A stretch of DNA of 59,414 nt from an uncultured Bacillota bacterium (GTDB taxonomy: Bacteria; Bacillota_I; Bacilli_A; RF39; UBA660), in the NCBI GenBank assembly GCA_946611635.1, contig CAMODW010000004.1:1-59414 (forward strand). Reading direction: 5' to 3'. Both the position numbers and the translations under genes were made by a program. How positions within the stretch are numbered: the first letter of the stretch is position 1; each line of letters opens with the position of its first letter. The notes beneath the pieces were generated by a model. That model did no database searches. It saw only the letters and a list, made by a program, of their open reading frames with translations, and was not told the origin of the DNA. Below are positions 27,883-40,674 of the stretch, one piece after another.

Positions 27883-29154
27883 TTACTCTTCACTTCCTGA
27901 AATAGTAATATTATCAACAAGTAAAGAAGGAGAAGACGAAACCATATCAAACTCTTCTAAATCACTTCCTACTTCAATAACATTATTTAATAATTCATTA
28001 ATATTAGTCGATAGAATAATCATATTTAATGATTTTACAATTTTTCCATCTTTAACCATTTTGCCTTTAGCTTGTAAAGAAATATCACCAGTTATATGAT
28101 TAATACCAGCATGCAAACCTTCTACATCATCAATTATTACTCCGTTATTTAACTTACTAACCAATTCTTCAAAAGAGCATTTTCCTTCTTTAATATGATA
28201 ATTAACAAGTTGGTTACTATTACCAGTAGGTTTAGTATTACTCTTATAAGCATATTCTAAGTTATTTAAAGAAAGCTTAAATACACCATCTTTTACTATT
28301 TCTTTATTATATGTTAAAGTTCCCTCTCTATCAAAATACTTATTTACTATAAACTTCGGATTAACAGGTTCTTCTAATATTGTTATTTTATCAGAGAAAA
28401 CTTTTTTACCAAGTTTACCTTTCAAAAGAGATAAGTTCATAAAAATATTTTTTTCCAAAAACATATCAGCCATAGTTTTTAGTATACTATTTACAACCTT
28501 ATTTGTTAGTAAAACAGTATATTTATTCGTACTAATAGATGTAGCAGAAAATTCTAATTCTAAATCTTTAATAGCTTCATCCATTTTCCTTTTTATTACA
28601 TCTATATCAAAGTCTAAGCCATAATACGACACATCTCTAGTTTTAACAACCCCATTCTTAGACATACTAGCAGAGGCATATGCTTCAACACAACTATATC
28701 CATCTTCTAAATGGTGATTTTCATTATCAATTATAGTTTGCGATATTTCTACCTGAGCAATCGAATTAACATTCAAAATATCAGGATATTTCTCTTTATA
28801 ACTATTTAAACTTAATAAATCTTTTTTTATTTTATTATAATCATATTCTATTTTTCTAATATCATTATTCTGATAATCATTTTCACATAATCTATCTAAA
28901 TTATCATTATCAATTATACAACCAATATTTTTAATATTCGTTATAATACCATCTATATCTTTAATACTTTTATAACTAAGAACTATTTTCTTTTCATTAT
29001 ATATTGCTTTTAAAGTATACGTTTTATTATTATCAATATAAAACTTTCTTAAATTATCATTTAATACTTCTATAGTAGCAATATTCTTAATAGAAGTTAG
29101 AACTTCCAAATTAATGCCATTTTTTTTAGCTTCTTTAATTAACTTATTTACCAT
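27883..29154 (-). CDS. pmbA: PmbA/TldE family protein (non-catalytic partner of TldD)
   Basis: TldD/PmbA fold pattern without HExxxH. Start MVNK (29154) lies 6 nt after GGAGGTG and overlaps the tldD end by 11 nt. Confidence 0.75.
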   Translation of the reverse strand: MVNKLIKEAKKNGINLEVLTSIKNIATIEVLNDNLRKFYIDNNKTYTLKAIYNEKKIVLSYKSIKDIDGIITNIKNIGCIIDNDNLDRLCENDYQNNDIRKIEYDYNKIKKDLLSLNSYKEKYPDILNVNSIAQVEISQTIIDNENHHLEDGYSCVEAYASASMSKNGVVKTRDVSYYGLDFDIDVIKRKMDEAIKDLELEFSATSISTNKYTVLLTNKVVNSILKTMADMFLEKNIFMNLSLLKGKLGKKVFSDKITILEEPVNPKFIVNKYFDREGTLTYNKEIVKDGVFKLSLNNLEYAYKSNTKPTGNSNQLVNYHIKEGKCSFEELVSKLNNGVIIDDVEGLHAGINHITGDISLQAKGKMVKDGKIVKSLNMIILSTNINELLNNVIEVGSDLEEFDMVSSSPSLLVDNITISGSEE

Positions 29155-30526
29155 CATCTTCACCTCCAACTAAAATACTAGATACTTTAATAGTTGGTTC
29201 TCCTATTGTTACAGGAATACTACCAGATGAAGCTCCACAAAATCCTGGAGAATATTCCAAATCACTACTAACCATTTCAACATTTTTAAGTATTGATAAA
29301 GTATTACCTATCAAACTAGCACCTTTTACACACTCTGCTATTTTACCATCTCTTATCATATAAGCCGTATTACAAGCAAAGTTAAAATCTCCCGTTTCAG
29401 GATTAACGGATCCCCCGCCTAATTCCATTGCATATAATCCAAAGTCAATACTTTTTATCATATCATCAATACTATCATCTGAAGGAAGCAAATAAGTATT
29501 ATTCATTCTTGATACAGGTGCATAATGATAATCTTGTCTTCTTGATGAACCAGTAATTCCCATTTTTAACTTCCTATCATTTATTTCATCATTTAGATAA
29601 CTAACTAGTACTCCTTTTTCTATTAACACATTCTTTTGAGTATAGTTTCCTTCATCATCAATTTTAGTTGAGCCCCATAATCCATCAATAGTACCATCAT
29701 CAATAATAGTTACTTTTTCACTAGCTATTTTCTCACCTATTTTACCTGCTAAAACACTTTGATTGTTTGCAGTAGCTTCGGCTTCCATAGCATGACCACA
29801 TGCTTCATGAAATATAACAGCACCAAAACCAGGGCCTAAAATAACTGGCATTTCTTTACCGATACATTTACTAGCATATAATTTATCTAAACCAAATTTA
29901 AGCATGTTATCAAGTTCTTTATCGATATTCTTATCTAACAATTCCAAACCAGCATTTGATCCCCATTGAAAAGACGATTTTGCAGACTTATCTTCATCTT
30001 TAAAAGTTACATCTACATACATCCTTGTATTATATCTTTTTTCTGATCTATTAATACTCATATAATTAGAAATATTAACATTTTTATCATACTCAACTAG
30101 TATCAATTCTACTTGAACAATTCTTTTATCTAGTTTTCTTATTCTACTATCCAACTTTTTTAAATAATCTTTTATTTTATCTTCACTATATTCATCATAT
30201 TTAATAACTATTTTATTATTATATTTTTTTTCATCACCTAGGATAATATCTTTATATAAAACCTTAGAATTTACATTCTTTTTCAGTTCATTTGAAAGCT
30301 TTAAAATTTCTTCTTTATCATCAGTAGCTATTGACGCATAATATACTTCACTATCCTTAGCTATTCTAAGTCCATAACCTTCACTTTGAATAAAACCTAT
30401 ACCATCCAACTTAGAATCTATATAAGTATATCTTTTATAAGTTTCCTTCTCTTCATATATTTCTGCAAAATCAGCTCCAGTTGACAGCATATTATTAAGT
30501 ATTCTTTCTTTAAAACTCTTATCCAT
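29144..30526 (-). CDS. tldD: metalloprotease TldD
   Basis: HEACGH (HExxxH) and C-terminal GxC...G pattern PGFCGASSGSIPV. RBS AAGGAGGAAAG. Confidence 0.85.
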   Translation of the reverse strand: MDKSFKERILNNMLSTGADFAEIYEEKETYKRYTYIDSKLDGIGFIQSEGYGLRIAKDSEVYYASIATDDKEEILKLSNELKKNVNSKVLYKDIILGDEKKYNNKIVIKYDEYSEDKIKDYLKKLDSRIRKLDKRIVQVELILVEYDKNVNISNYMSINRSEKRYNTRMYVDVTFKDEDKSAKSSFQWGSNAGLELLDKNIDKELDNMLKFGLDKLYASKCIGKEMPVILGPGFGAVIFHEACGHAMEAEATANNQSVLAGKIGEKIASEKVTIIDDGTIDGLWGSTKIDDEGNYTQKNVLIEKGVLVSYLNDEINDRKLKMGITGSSRRQDYHYAPVSRMNNTYLLPSDDSIDDMIKSIDFGLYAMELGGGSVNPETGDFNFACNTAYMIRDGKIAECVKGASLIGNTLSILKNVEMVSSDLEYSPGFCGASSGSIPVTIGEPTIKVSSILVGGEDDGK

Positions 30527-30559
30527 ACTTTCCTCCTTGTTTTAAGTATTTTTTAACGA

Positions 30560-30587
30560 AGAGAAAAAGGGAGTTTCAATACAACTC

Positions 30588-30589
<2 letters not shown>
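30560..30589 (-). terminator. hairpin plus short T-tract just after dnaK (partial terminator or processing site)
   Basis: AGGAGTT-gtattga-AACTCCC followed by TTTTTCTCTT. Contains the dnaK TAG. Confidence 0.5.
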
Positions 30590-33011
<2,422 letters not shown>

Positions 33012-33019
<8 letters not shown>

Positions 33020-34013
33020 TCTTTCTCTTCTCCAACTCCTTATTAATAAACTCTAACAAACCAAACACTTTATCATATTCCATACGTTTTGGTCCAACAA
33101 TAGCTATCGTTCCTTCCTCGCCATTTAAATTATAACGAGTTTTTACTACTGTTACATTAGAATCAAACTTGCTTTCATCCCCAATATAAACATTTATACC
33201 ATCATTTATACTTTCGATATTCTTAACTAAGTTTTCATCCTCAAATTTATTAATAATATTCTTAATTTCTTCAACATTATCATATTCCGGCTGCTTTAAC
33301 ATATTACTTTTCCCTGAAAAGAAGATGTTCGTACTATTCTTAGTAAAATCATTAAAAGCATCATAAAATATTTCATAAACAGCTTCATATTGTTTAATTC
33401 TCTTACTAATAATAGGTTTAACTTCAAGCTCCAATCTTTCTGACACCTCATCTATTGGTGTACCAATTAAAAGCTTATTTATTATTTCAGAAGTTTTAAC
33501 TAATTCATCTATAAATATATAATCAGGAATTCTAAAAGTTTTATTTTCTACTATTCCCTTATCAGTACAAACCAAAGCAACTACTTGATTATTATCTATT
33601 GGAACAATACTAACTTGCCTTAAAGTATTTTCTTTAGAACTCTTACCTAATACAACACTTGTATAATTAGTAATCTCACTAATAATCTGCATACACTCTT
33701 GAATAGTATCACTTATTTGTAATTCTTGATTATGAAAAATAGTTTGTAGTTTTAACATCTCTTCACCATTCAACTCTTTAGGTTTCATAAGATTTTCTAC
33801 ATAATACTTATAACCTTTTTCAGATGGTATTCTTCCACTAGATACATGATTCTTTTCTAAATAACCTAATTGCTCTAGAAAAGCCATTTCATTCCTTATC
33901 GTAGCAGAAGATAAATTAAACTTATCACACAATCCTTTACTACCAACAGGTTTGATAGTTTTTATATAAGTCTCTACTATCTCTTTTAGCAGTTCTTTTT
34001 GTCTTTCATCCAT
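33012..34013 (-). CDS. hrcA: heat-inducible transcription repressor HrcA
   Basis: KPVGSKGL..LSSATIRNEMAFLEQLGYLEKNHVSSGRIPS. Confidence 0.95.
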
Positions 34014-34026
34014 AAAATCACCACCA

Positions 34027-34053
34027 TTAGCACTGGTAACTTTTTAGTGCTAA
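34027..34053. promoter_or_regulatory. CIRCE operator (HrcA binding site)
   Basis: TTAGCACTG-N9-TAGTGCTAA against consensus TTAGCACTC-N9-GAGTGCTAA. Lies between the -10 and the hrcA RBS. Confidence 0.9.
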
Positions 34054-34056
34054 ATT

Positions 34057-34084
34057 CATTATAACAAAAAATTAGCACTTGTCA
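34057..34084 (-). promoter_or_regulatory. sigma-A promoter of the hrcA operon
   Basis: Minus strand TTGACA-16 nt-TATAAT, with TGt immediately upstream of the -10. Confidence 0.75.
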
Positions 34085-34098
34085 ATAGAAAATGCTAA
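34072..34098. promoter_or_regulatory. second, degenerate CIRCE-like inverted repeat overlapping the -35
   Basis: TTAGCACTT-N9-AAATGCTAA. Confidence 0.55.
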
Positions 34099-34163
34099 TT
34101 ATATAAAATATAAGTTAAAAGTGCCATATTATGATATAATATATATAAGAAAATGGTGATAAT

Positions 34164-35147
34164 ATGACAACAAAAAAGAAAAGAAAAAAAAGATTAAGAC
34201 TTAGATATGAAGGGGTAAAATTTCTGACATATTTTATATTTTTTTTACTTCTTTTTATATACACTATCACTAATTCAATAAAAATTTATTCCTTTTACCA
34301 ATATAAAAAAACCGACGAATATAAAATAAGAACAATGGGCTATAGTTTAGAAGAAACTAAAGATTTTTTAAAAATAATCGATGATGACATCAAAGAATTC
34401 TTATTAACAAATCCCAAAGAAGATATTTATTATTCTATTACCCAAGAAAAATATTTTTTACCAAAAAACTACATAAAATATATAGAATATCAAAAGAGTA
34501 ATCAAAACTTATCACTTAAAGATATAATTGCAATGGTAAACGTTCATTCAAGTGAAGGATGGTATAATAATACTTACAAAACTGATATGTCCAAAAAAAA
34601 TTTAATATTAGTAAACAAATTTTATCAACTAGAAGAAGGATATCAAAGAGATGATCTTGTAGAAATTCCTTTACAATATTCTTATGATGATAATAAAGCT
34701 GCTAAAGAAGTAGTCGATAAATATATAGAAATGCATAAAAAAGTTAAAGAAGAATTAGGTATTCATCTAATGGTTAATTCATCATTTAGATCATATGAAG
34801 AACAAAATGAAATATACAAATCTTTTCGTAGTAAAGGTGAAGCATATGCTGACGCATACGCAGCAAGGCCAGGTTTTTCTGAACATCAAACCGGTTTAGC
34901 TATCGACATTACATCAACAGCTCATCCTTATAGTAAAGACTTTAAAGAATCAGAAGAATTTGAATGGTTAAAAAACAACTGCTATAAATATGGTTTTATT
35001 CTAAGATACCCTGAAGGAAAAGAAAAAATTACTGGTTATAGCACTGAAAGCTGGCATTTTAGATATGTTGGAGTAGAAAACGCTACAAAAATATTCAAAG
35101 AAGGTATTACATTAGATGAATATTATGCTTATTTCATAGAAAAATAA
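34164..35147 (+). CDS. membrane-anchored D-alanyl-D-alanine carboxypeptidase, VanY/M15B family
   Basis: TM FLTYFIFFLLLFIYTI. SFRSYEEQ, SEHQTGLAIDI, ESWHFRYVG. Confidence 0.85.
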   Translation: MTTKKKRKKRLRLRYEGVKFLTYFIFFLLLFIYTITNSIKIYSFYQYKKTDEYKIRTMGYSLEETKDFLKIIDDDIKEFLLTNPKEDIYYSITQEKYFLPKNYIKYIEYQKSNQNLSLKDIIAMVNVHSSEGWYNNTYKTDMSKKNLILVNKFYQLEEGYQRDDLVEIPLQYSYDDNKAAKEVVDKYIEMHKKVKEELGIHLMVNSSFRSYEEQNEIYKSFRSKGEAYADAYAARPGFSEHQTGLAIDITSTAHPYSKDFKESEEFEWLKNNCYKYGFILRYPEGKEKITGYSTESWHFRYVGVENATKIFKEGITLDEYYAYFIEK

Positions 35148-35181
35148 ATAGATATTATTCTAAAATAATATCTATTTTTTA
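35147..35181 (+). terminator. Rho-independent terminator
   Basis: AATAGATATTAT-tctaaa-ATAATATCTATT followed by TTTT. Confidence 0.75.
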
Positions 35182-35284
35182 AACTCTATCAATGATTTTC
35201 TTAACTAAAATACCTGTTCCTAAATCATATTCAATACGACTACCATCAACATTTTCTTTTCTTGTTAAATTAGTAACAGAAGGT

Positions 35285-35316
35285 AAAAAATAACCAAACT
35301 TTTTTGTTTGGTTATT
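35285..35316 (-). terminator. terminator after the 353-aa gene
   Basis: Minus strand AATAACCAAAC-aaaaaa-GTTTGGTTATT followed by TTTTTACC. Includes the TAA. Confidence 0.75.
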
Positions 35317-36376
35317 ATTTATTAATTATCATTGAATAATCAGCACCTGCTAAGTTTCTTTCACTCTTCTTCAAATCATTCTTTACATATACTTCATCAT
35401 CATTAACTTTAACTATTATTTTTCCATTCTCTTCATTTGAAGAAACACTATTAATAGCTACATAACTATTTTCAAACATAGTTCTAACAGCATACGAGTC
35501 AAAAACTTTAATATTATATACGTCATTAACAACTAACAAACCAGCCCCTGCAAAACTATAATCTGTAGCATTTTCAAATACTAAATTACCCTTAAAATCA
35601 TATGCTTCAAAGCTTTGATCTTTTTTTACTATTAACATTTCTCCATCATAAGCAACAATAGGGCTATTAAATTCCTTAGAATAAACAGAATTATTTTTTA
35701 CATCTATAATAACCCAATCCTCACCTTTTCTAGCTGCGAAAAAGTTTTGACTATCTATTTTCTCTCCAGTTGGAACAAAAATACCTATATAATCATAATC
35801 AAAACTAACCATATCTACAATCTTATCACCATTAAATCTAATAACTCCCCACTTACCATTTTCATCCTTAGCAATAAAAGTTTGTAATTCATTTTTATTA
35901 TAATTTTTAATAGCTTGATACTCCTTTACTACTTTACTTGTAGTAAAATCATAAACCTTAACTCCACCATCTCTATGAAGAGTTTCATCCTCAGCGTCAT
36001 CATCGAATAACAAGACAAACCTATTATTAATAATCTTCCTAATTTGATAATCTTGTGAAACATCCACTGCTCTTAAATCATATAAAGCATCATCAGTATA
36101 TCCATATACATAGCCACAAGAAGAATGTGAACACTTATAAGTTCCTACAACACTACCACCACTTTTAATATTTAAAACTCCATCATTAAACTCTTTTTCT
36201 TCTTCAGTACGCATGTTTTCTTCAGTAACGCTACTAGTTTCATTAACAAAACTAATAAACTTTGCAACTCCTCCAACAACACCAAATATAAAACAAAGGG
36301 CACAAGAAGCAATCATAACTATTAGAGCTATTCTCTTATTGTTCTTCTCCTTAGCTTTAATATCATTTCCTTCCAC
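35315..36376 (-). CDS. type II membrane protein with WG-type (KWG-like) repeats
   Basis: GTG start after GGTGAT. TM IALIVMIASCALCFIFGVVGGVA. ...GKWGVIRFNGDKIV... repeat units. Confidence 0.5.
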   Translation of the reverse strand: MEGNDIKAKEKNNKRIALIVMIASCALCFIFGVVGGVAKFISFVNETSSVTEENMRTEEEKEFNDGVLNIKSGGSVVGTYKCSHSSCGYVYGYTDDALYDLRAVDVSQDYQIRKIINNRFVLLFDDDAEDETLHRDGGVKVYDFTTSKVVKEYQAIKNYNKNELQTFIAKDENGKWGVIRFNGDKIVDMVSFDYDYIGIFVPTGEKIDSQNFFAARKGEDWVIIDVKNNSVYSKEFNSPIVAYDGEMLIVKKDQSFEAYDFKGNLVFENATDYSFAGAGLLVVNDVYNIKVFDSYAVRTMFENSYVAINSVSSNEENGKIIVKVNDDEVYVKNDLKKSERNLAGADYSMIINK

Positions 36377-36398
36377 TTATATCACCAACTAACTAATA

Positions 36399-38768
36399 TT
36401 ACTCCCCTGTTTTCTCTTTATCTTCTGGTTTCCCAGTATTTTCAGAAGGCTCTTCTTTTTCTTTATTGCTTTCACTTTCAACCGGTTCAGCAGTTTTCTC
36501 CTTAGCAACTACATCTTTATACTCTGTTCCGTCAAATACAGAAATTACAAAAGTTCTTGCTTTACCATCAGTTGTAGAACTTACCTTAAATGCCGGATTT
36601 TCTGTACGACAATAGGTAGAAGAACCTAAAGCAACGGAATCTTTTAATAAAGAATATCCCTCAAATGTATATAACATAACTCTATTATTCTTATCTACTC
36701 CAGCATAGAAAGTATCATATATTTGAACATATTTCAAATTAGAATCTATCACTGTACCATCACTACTCAAAACATCATAATTAGTTCCTTTTATTTTAAC
36801 CAAATCTAAATCCTTTGAATAGCCTCTAATCTTATATTTATACTCTGTTCCATTACCGCCAAGTATAATCCATTTATCACCTTGTGTCTTAGCTATAAAT
36901 CGATTTCCTTCCCTCTCAATATGTTTATATTCAAAAGGATAAACTGATTGAACGCCATTAACTCCGACACTTATAATACCAAACAATCCTTTTTTATTAA
37001 CAGCAACAACATTAAAGTCGCCTGTAGTTAAAACAAAATTATTATCATTATGAGGTGTATAAGTATTAACTTGTGTATAAGTAGACTTAGCTTTATTCTC
37101 AACTAAGTCATATAAAATAATATTCTTAGCACCATCTTGTACAAATACAAATCTATTATTAAACATTGGAACAACACTACGTCTATTTTCTTCACCAACA
37201 CTCATCATATCATTATCTTCAAAAATCGAATCCATAGCTGGCATACAATTAGATAACGTTGGATTATTAGTAGTTACATTATTTACTACACTACACTTAT
37301 AACTACCAGCAACATTAGTTTTTGTTTCATCTGTATAAAAATACAACAAACCATCAAAATAACTATAATACTTCAAAGATTTATTTAAAGTTCCTTCTAA
37401 TATATTAATAGAAACATTCTTATCTTCTTCATACTTTTTCGTATAAGGCATTATTTCAATTGTATTCTTTTGAACAGTAGGTTTAAACGATAACATTGTC
37501 TTTTTTAACTTACCACTCTCATCATACATATATCCAGGTACATAATCGTTATTCTTTAAAGAAATTCCAACTTCATTATACTTAGATCCTTCATTATCTC
37601 TAACATATAACATATTCTTATCATCAACAACAAATATATATTTATCACTAACTGTAGCAAAGCGATAATTTTCTAGTATGGTATTATTCTTTGAGTCAAT
37701 AACACTATATTTATCATTTTCACGAACAACTAAATAATTCCTGTTATAGTATTTTACTTCCCCAGTAGTTGATAGATTACTACTTAACATCTTACCAACT
37801 TTATTTATTATCACATAACCTTTTCCATTTTCCCCTACAAGCTCATCGGTACCATCAATCATATATAATTTATTATACATTGGTGATATCACAATATTTA
37901 AAGTATCCTTAAATTGATATAAACCATATTTAGAATTAGTATCTTTTAATATTAAGAAATTTCCATCAAATGCCTTAGTATCTAAATATTCACCTTTTTC
38001 TTCTTTAGCACTCAAAGAATATAGAATAGTCTTTCCATCATCATAGATAAACACATAATCATCGTTATAAACAGGCATTCTTTCAATCTTGTCTTTTCCC
38101 TCAGAATCAAGTACTCTTGGAACATCTAAAGATTCACGATAAGTATTTATAGCAACATAACACTTATCCTCATCTTTATCCTTACATTCATAAACACCAA
38201 GTTCATCGTCTTTAGAAGATAAAATATGTAATTTACCCTTCTTATAATAATAATTATCAACTATATTAATAGTTTCTTCTTTCTTCTTTTCCTCTTTCTT
38301 CTCGTTATTCTTATTACCTTTACCAAATAACATAATTAATAAAATAATAAGAATAATCATTATTAATATTCCACTAACAATAAAAATAATTTTTTTCTTC
38401 TTAGATAGTTTTTTCCATTTAGCTAATAAGCCTTCTTTGTTATTATTAGACTCATCTACTTCTTTATTTTTCTTTTCCTCTTCTAATAGTTTCTCAGCTT
38501 CATTAATATTCTTTTCTGTTAAAGCTTCTTCAGCGTTTTCCAAAGCCTCTTTTTCCTCATCACTTATTTCTATTAGTTCTTTTAATTCCTTAGTATCAGT
38601 ATCTACCATTTCTTCTTCATTCTCTTCCAAATTAGTAGATAATTCATCTTCATAATCTTTATATTTTTCTGCTCTAGACATCAAAGCAGATTCATTTTCT
38701 TCATTTTCAAAATCATCATTTATTATTTGAATAGGTTTAGTATCATCTAAATCAGATTTTTTCCTCAT
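36399..38768 (-). CDS. large type II membrane protein: acidic cytoplasmic N-terminus, one TM, WG/YG/FG-repeat ectodomain, acidic C-terminal tail
   Basis: 789 aa. E/D/K-rich residues 1-120. TM IIFIVSGILIMIILIILLIMLF. Units KYGLYQFKD, GLFGIISVG, NNRFVFV also seen in the neighbouring 353-aa protein. Confidence 0.5.
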   Translation of the reverse strand: MRKKSDLDDTKPIQIINDDFENEENESALMSRAEKYKDYEDELSTNLEENEEEMVDTDTKELKELIEISDEEKEALENAEEALTEKNINEAEKLLEEEKKNKEVDESNNNKEGLLAKWKKLSKKKKIIFIVSGILIMIILIILLIMLFGKGNKNNEKKEEKKKEETINIVDNYYYKKGKLHILSSKDDELGVYECKDKDEDKCYVAINTYRESLDVPRVLDSEGKDKIERMPVYNDDYVFIYDDGKTILYSLSAKEEKGEYLDTKAFDGNFLILKDTNSKYGLYQFKDTLNIVISPMYNKLYMIDGTDELVGENGKGYVIINKVGKMLSSNLSTTGEVKYYNRNYLVVRENDKYSVIDSKNNTILENYRFATVSDKYIFVVDDKNMLYVRDNEGSKYNEVGISLKNNDYVPGYMYDESGKLKKTMLSFKPTVQKNTIEIMPYTKKYEEDKNVSINILEGTLNKSLKYYSYFDGLLYFYTDETKTNVAGSYKCSVVNNVTTNNPTLSNCMPAMDSIFEDNDMMSVGEENRRSVVPMFNNRFVFVQDGAKNIILYDLVENKAKSTYTQVNTYTPHNDNNFVLTTGDFNVVAVNKKGLFGIISVGVNGVQSVYPFEYKHIEREGNRFIAKTQGDKWIILGGNGTEYKYKIRGYSKDLDLVKIKGTNYDVLSSDGTVIDSNLKYVQIYDTFYAGVDKNNRVMLYTFEGYSLLKDSVALGSSTYCRTENPAFKVSSTTDGKARTFVISVFDGTEYKDVVAKEKTAEPVESESNKEKEEPSENTGKPEDKEKTGE

Positions 38769-38812
38769 AGCTTTTACCTCTCTTACTATTCAATATTATA
38801 ATTTATTTTCCC

Positions 38813-38847
38813 AAAAAAGAAAAGGAAAACTACTATTTTTCCTTTTC
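38813..38847 (-). terminator. strong terminator after recA
   Basis: GAAAAGGAAAA-atagtag-TTTTCCTTTTC followed by TTTTTTGGG. Includes the recA stop. Confidence 0.85.
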
Positions 38848-39882
38848 ATCACTACTAGCCTTTTTCCCAGCTATTTTTTTCATATTTCCTAATATATTAT
38901 AATGCTCTCTAACTTTATATTCTAAATCATCTCTAACATCAGTATGTTCTCTCAAATAATTCTTAACATTTTCTTTACCTTGCCCAATCTTCTCTCCATT
39001 ATATGAATACCAAGCACCACTTTTATCTAACAATCCAATATCAGCTGCAATATCAATTATATCACTTTCCTTAGAAACACCTGTGCCATACATTATTTCC
39101 ACTTGAGCAGTTTTAAATGGTGGAGCAACTTTATTTTTTACAACTTTAATATTTGTTCTACTACCGATTACTTGATCACCCATCTTTATACTCTCTGCTT
39201 TCCTAACTTCCAATCTAATAGTGGAATAAAACTTTAAAGCTCTTCCTCCTGGAGTAGTTTCCGGATTACCAAATATAATACCTACTTTTTCTCTTAATTG
39301 ATTAATAAATATAGCTGTTGTTTTTGTTTTTTGAAGAATACCAGTAATTTTCCTCAACGCTTGACTCATAAGTCTAGCTTGTAATCCAACATGAGAATCT
39401 CCCATTTCTCCCTCAATTTCTGCTTGTGGTACTAAAGCTGCAACAGAATCTATAACTATCAAATCAATTGCTTCACTTCTAATAAGAGCTTCACATATCT
39501 CTAATGCTTGCTCTCCTGTATCAGGTTGCGATAACAATAAGTTATCGATATCTACTCCTAACTTTTTAGCATATACCGGATCAAGTGCATGTTCAGCATC
39601 AATAAATGCCGCTCTTCCTCCCGTCTTTTGTACTTCTGCAATTGCATGAAGAGCAAAAGTTGTTTTACCTGAAGATTCAGGGCCATAAATTTCAACTATT
39701 CTTCCTTTAGGATATCCTCCAACACCAAGTGCAATATCTAATGCTATTGATCCAGAAGAAGTAGTTTCAATATTCATATGGCTATCTGAACCCAACCTCA
39801 TTATCGATCCTTTACCAAATTGTTTTTCTATATCTAATAAAACTTGTTCTAATACTTTATCATTACTACTATCTTTTACCAT
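38833..39882 (-). CDS. recA: recombinase RecA
   Basis: GPESSGKTT Walker [23 protein letters not shown] at 39882 lies 5 nt after AAGGAGGA. The ORF-track start 39903 sits at the predicted transcription start. Confidence 0.97.
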   Translation of the reverse strand: MVKDSSNDKVLEQVLLDIEKQFGKGSIMRLGSDSHMNIETTSSGSIALDIALGVGGYPKGRIVEIYGPESSGKTTFALHAIAEVQKTGGRAAFIDAEHALDPVYAKKLGVDIDNLLLSQPDTGEQALEICEALIRSEAIDLIVIDSVAALVPQAEIEGEMGDSHVGLQARLMSQALRKITGILQKTKTTAIFINQLREKVGIIFGNPETTPGGRALKFYSTIRLEVRKAESIKMGDQVIGSRTNIKVVKNKVAPPFKTAQVEIMYGTGVSKESDIIDIAADIGLLDKSGAWYSYNGEKIGQGKENVKNYLREHTDVRDDLEYKVREHYNILGNMKKIAGKKASSDEKEK

Positions 39883-39911
39883 AATTTCCTCCTTGTACAT
39901 CACAAGATAAT

Positions 39912-39939
39912 TTTATAATATCTATTTAACGTTTGTCAA
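39912..39939 (-). promoter_or_regulatory. candidate recA promoter
   Basis: Minus strand TTGACA-16 nt-TATAAA. Confidence 0.5.
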
Positions 39940-39981
39940 GACAAAATAACAAACATTTGTTTTGGTACAATAATTATCAAT

Positions 39982-40008
39982 AAAAAAAAGATTTATAAAT
40001 AAATCTTT
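39982..40008 (-). terminator. terminator after pgsA
   Basis: AAAGATTTAT-tt-ATAAATCTTT followed by TTTTTTTATT on the minus strand. Confidence 0.6.
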
Positions 40009-40023
40009 CTTCAAAATATTTTT

Positions 40024-40662
40024 TTATACTTCAGAGAAGATAAAATCTTTATTAACTAAATAATATTGACAACCAGAGATAATACTCATAACAGTTGCAA
40101 CAAATACAAATAAATAATCTATTCTAATTCCTTCTCCTATAAATGCAAAAGGCATATTATAGAAGAATACTAAAGTAAGACCAATCATCATACAAATAGT
40201 TTTTATCTTTCCTGGCCAAGATGCAGCAACAACTTTTCCCTTAGCTCCAGAAGCCATCTTAATAGAATCTACTATTATATCTCTAGTAATAATAATTACA
40301 GGAACAGCTAGTGGAATAAACTTATCATAAGCAAGAATTATTAATACTCCATTAACTAATACTTTATCAGCAATAGCATCCATTACTTTTCCAAAATCTG
40401 TAACCATATTATACTTTCTAGCTATATAACCATCCAAGAAATCAGTAACTGATCCAATTAAGAATAATACTCCAGCAATAATATATTTCATTTGAACATT
40501 TTGTACTTCATAAACACTATAAGATTTAATAAGAAATTTTACATTCATATCTTCCCATGGTAAACACAATAATAACAAAACCAAAACAGATACAACTAAT
40601 CTTACACAAGTAATCTTATTAGGTAAATTCATACTTTTTTTCTTTCCTTCATTTTTAGACAT
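40024..40662 (-). CDS. pgsA: CDP-diacylglycerol--glycerol-3-phosphate 3-phosphatidyltransferase
   Basis: DGYIARKYNMVTDFGKVMDAIADK (CDP-alcohol phosphatidyltransferase motif). Start ambiguous (MSKNEG at 40662 or MNLPNK at 40632). Confidence 0.88.
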   Translation of the reverse strand: MSKNEGKKKSMNLPNKITCVRLVVSVLVLLLLCLPWEDMNVKFLIKSYSVYEVQNVQMKYIIAGVLFLIGSVTDFLDGYIARKYNMVTDFGKVMDAIADKVLVNGVLIILAYDKFIPLAVPVIIITRDIIVDSIKMASGAKGKVVAASWPGKIKTICMMIGLTLVFFYNMPFAFIGEGIRIDYLFVFVATVMSIISGCQYYLVNKDFIFSEV

Positions 40663-40674
40663 AATAATCAACAC

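Noticed and set aside
35186-35300. Start-less ~45-codon open frame on the minus strand (..GYFLPSVTNLTRKENVDGSRIEYDLGTGILVKKIIDRV*) between two terminators
   Set aside because: There is no start codon or RBS, and it runs through the terminator of the upstream gene. It may be a gene remnant, but I cannot match it to anything and cannot support a call.
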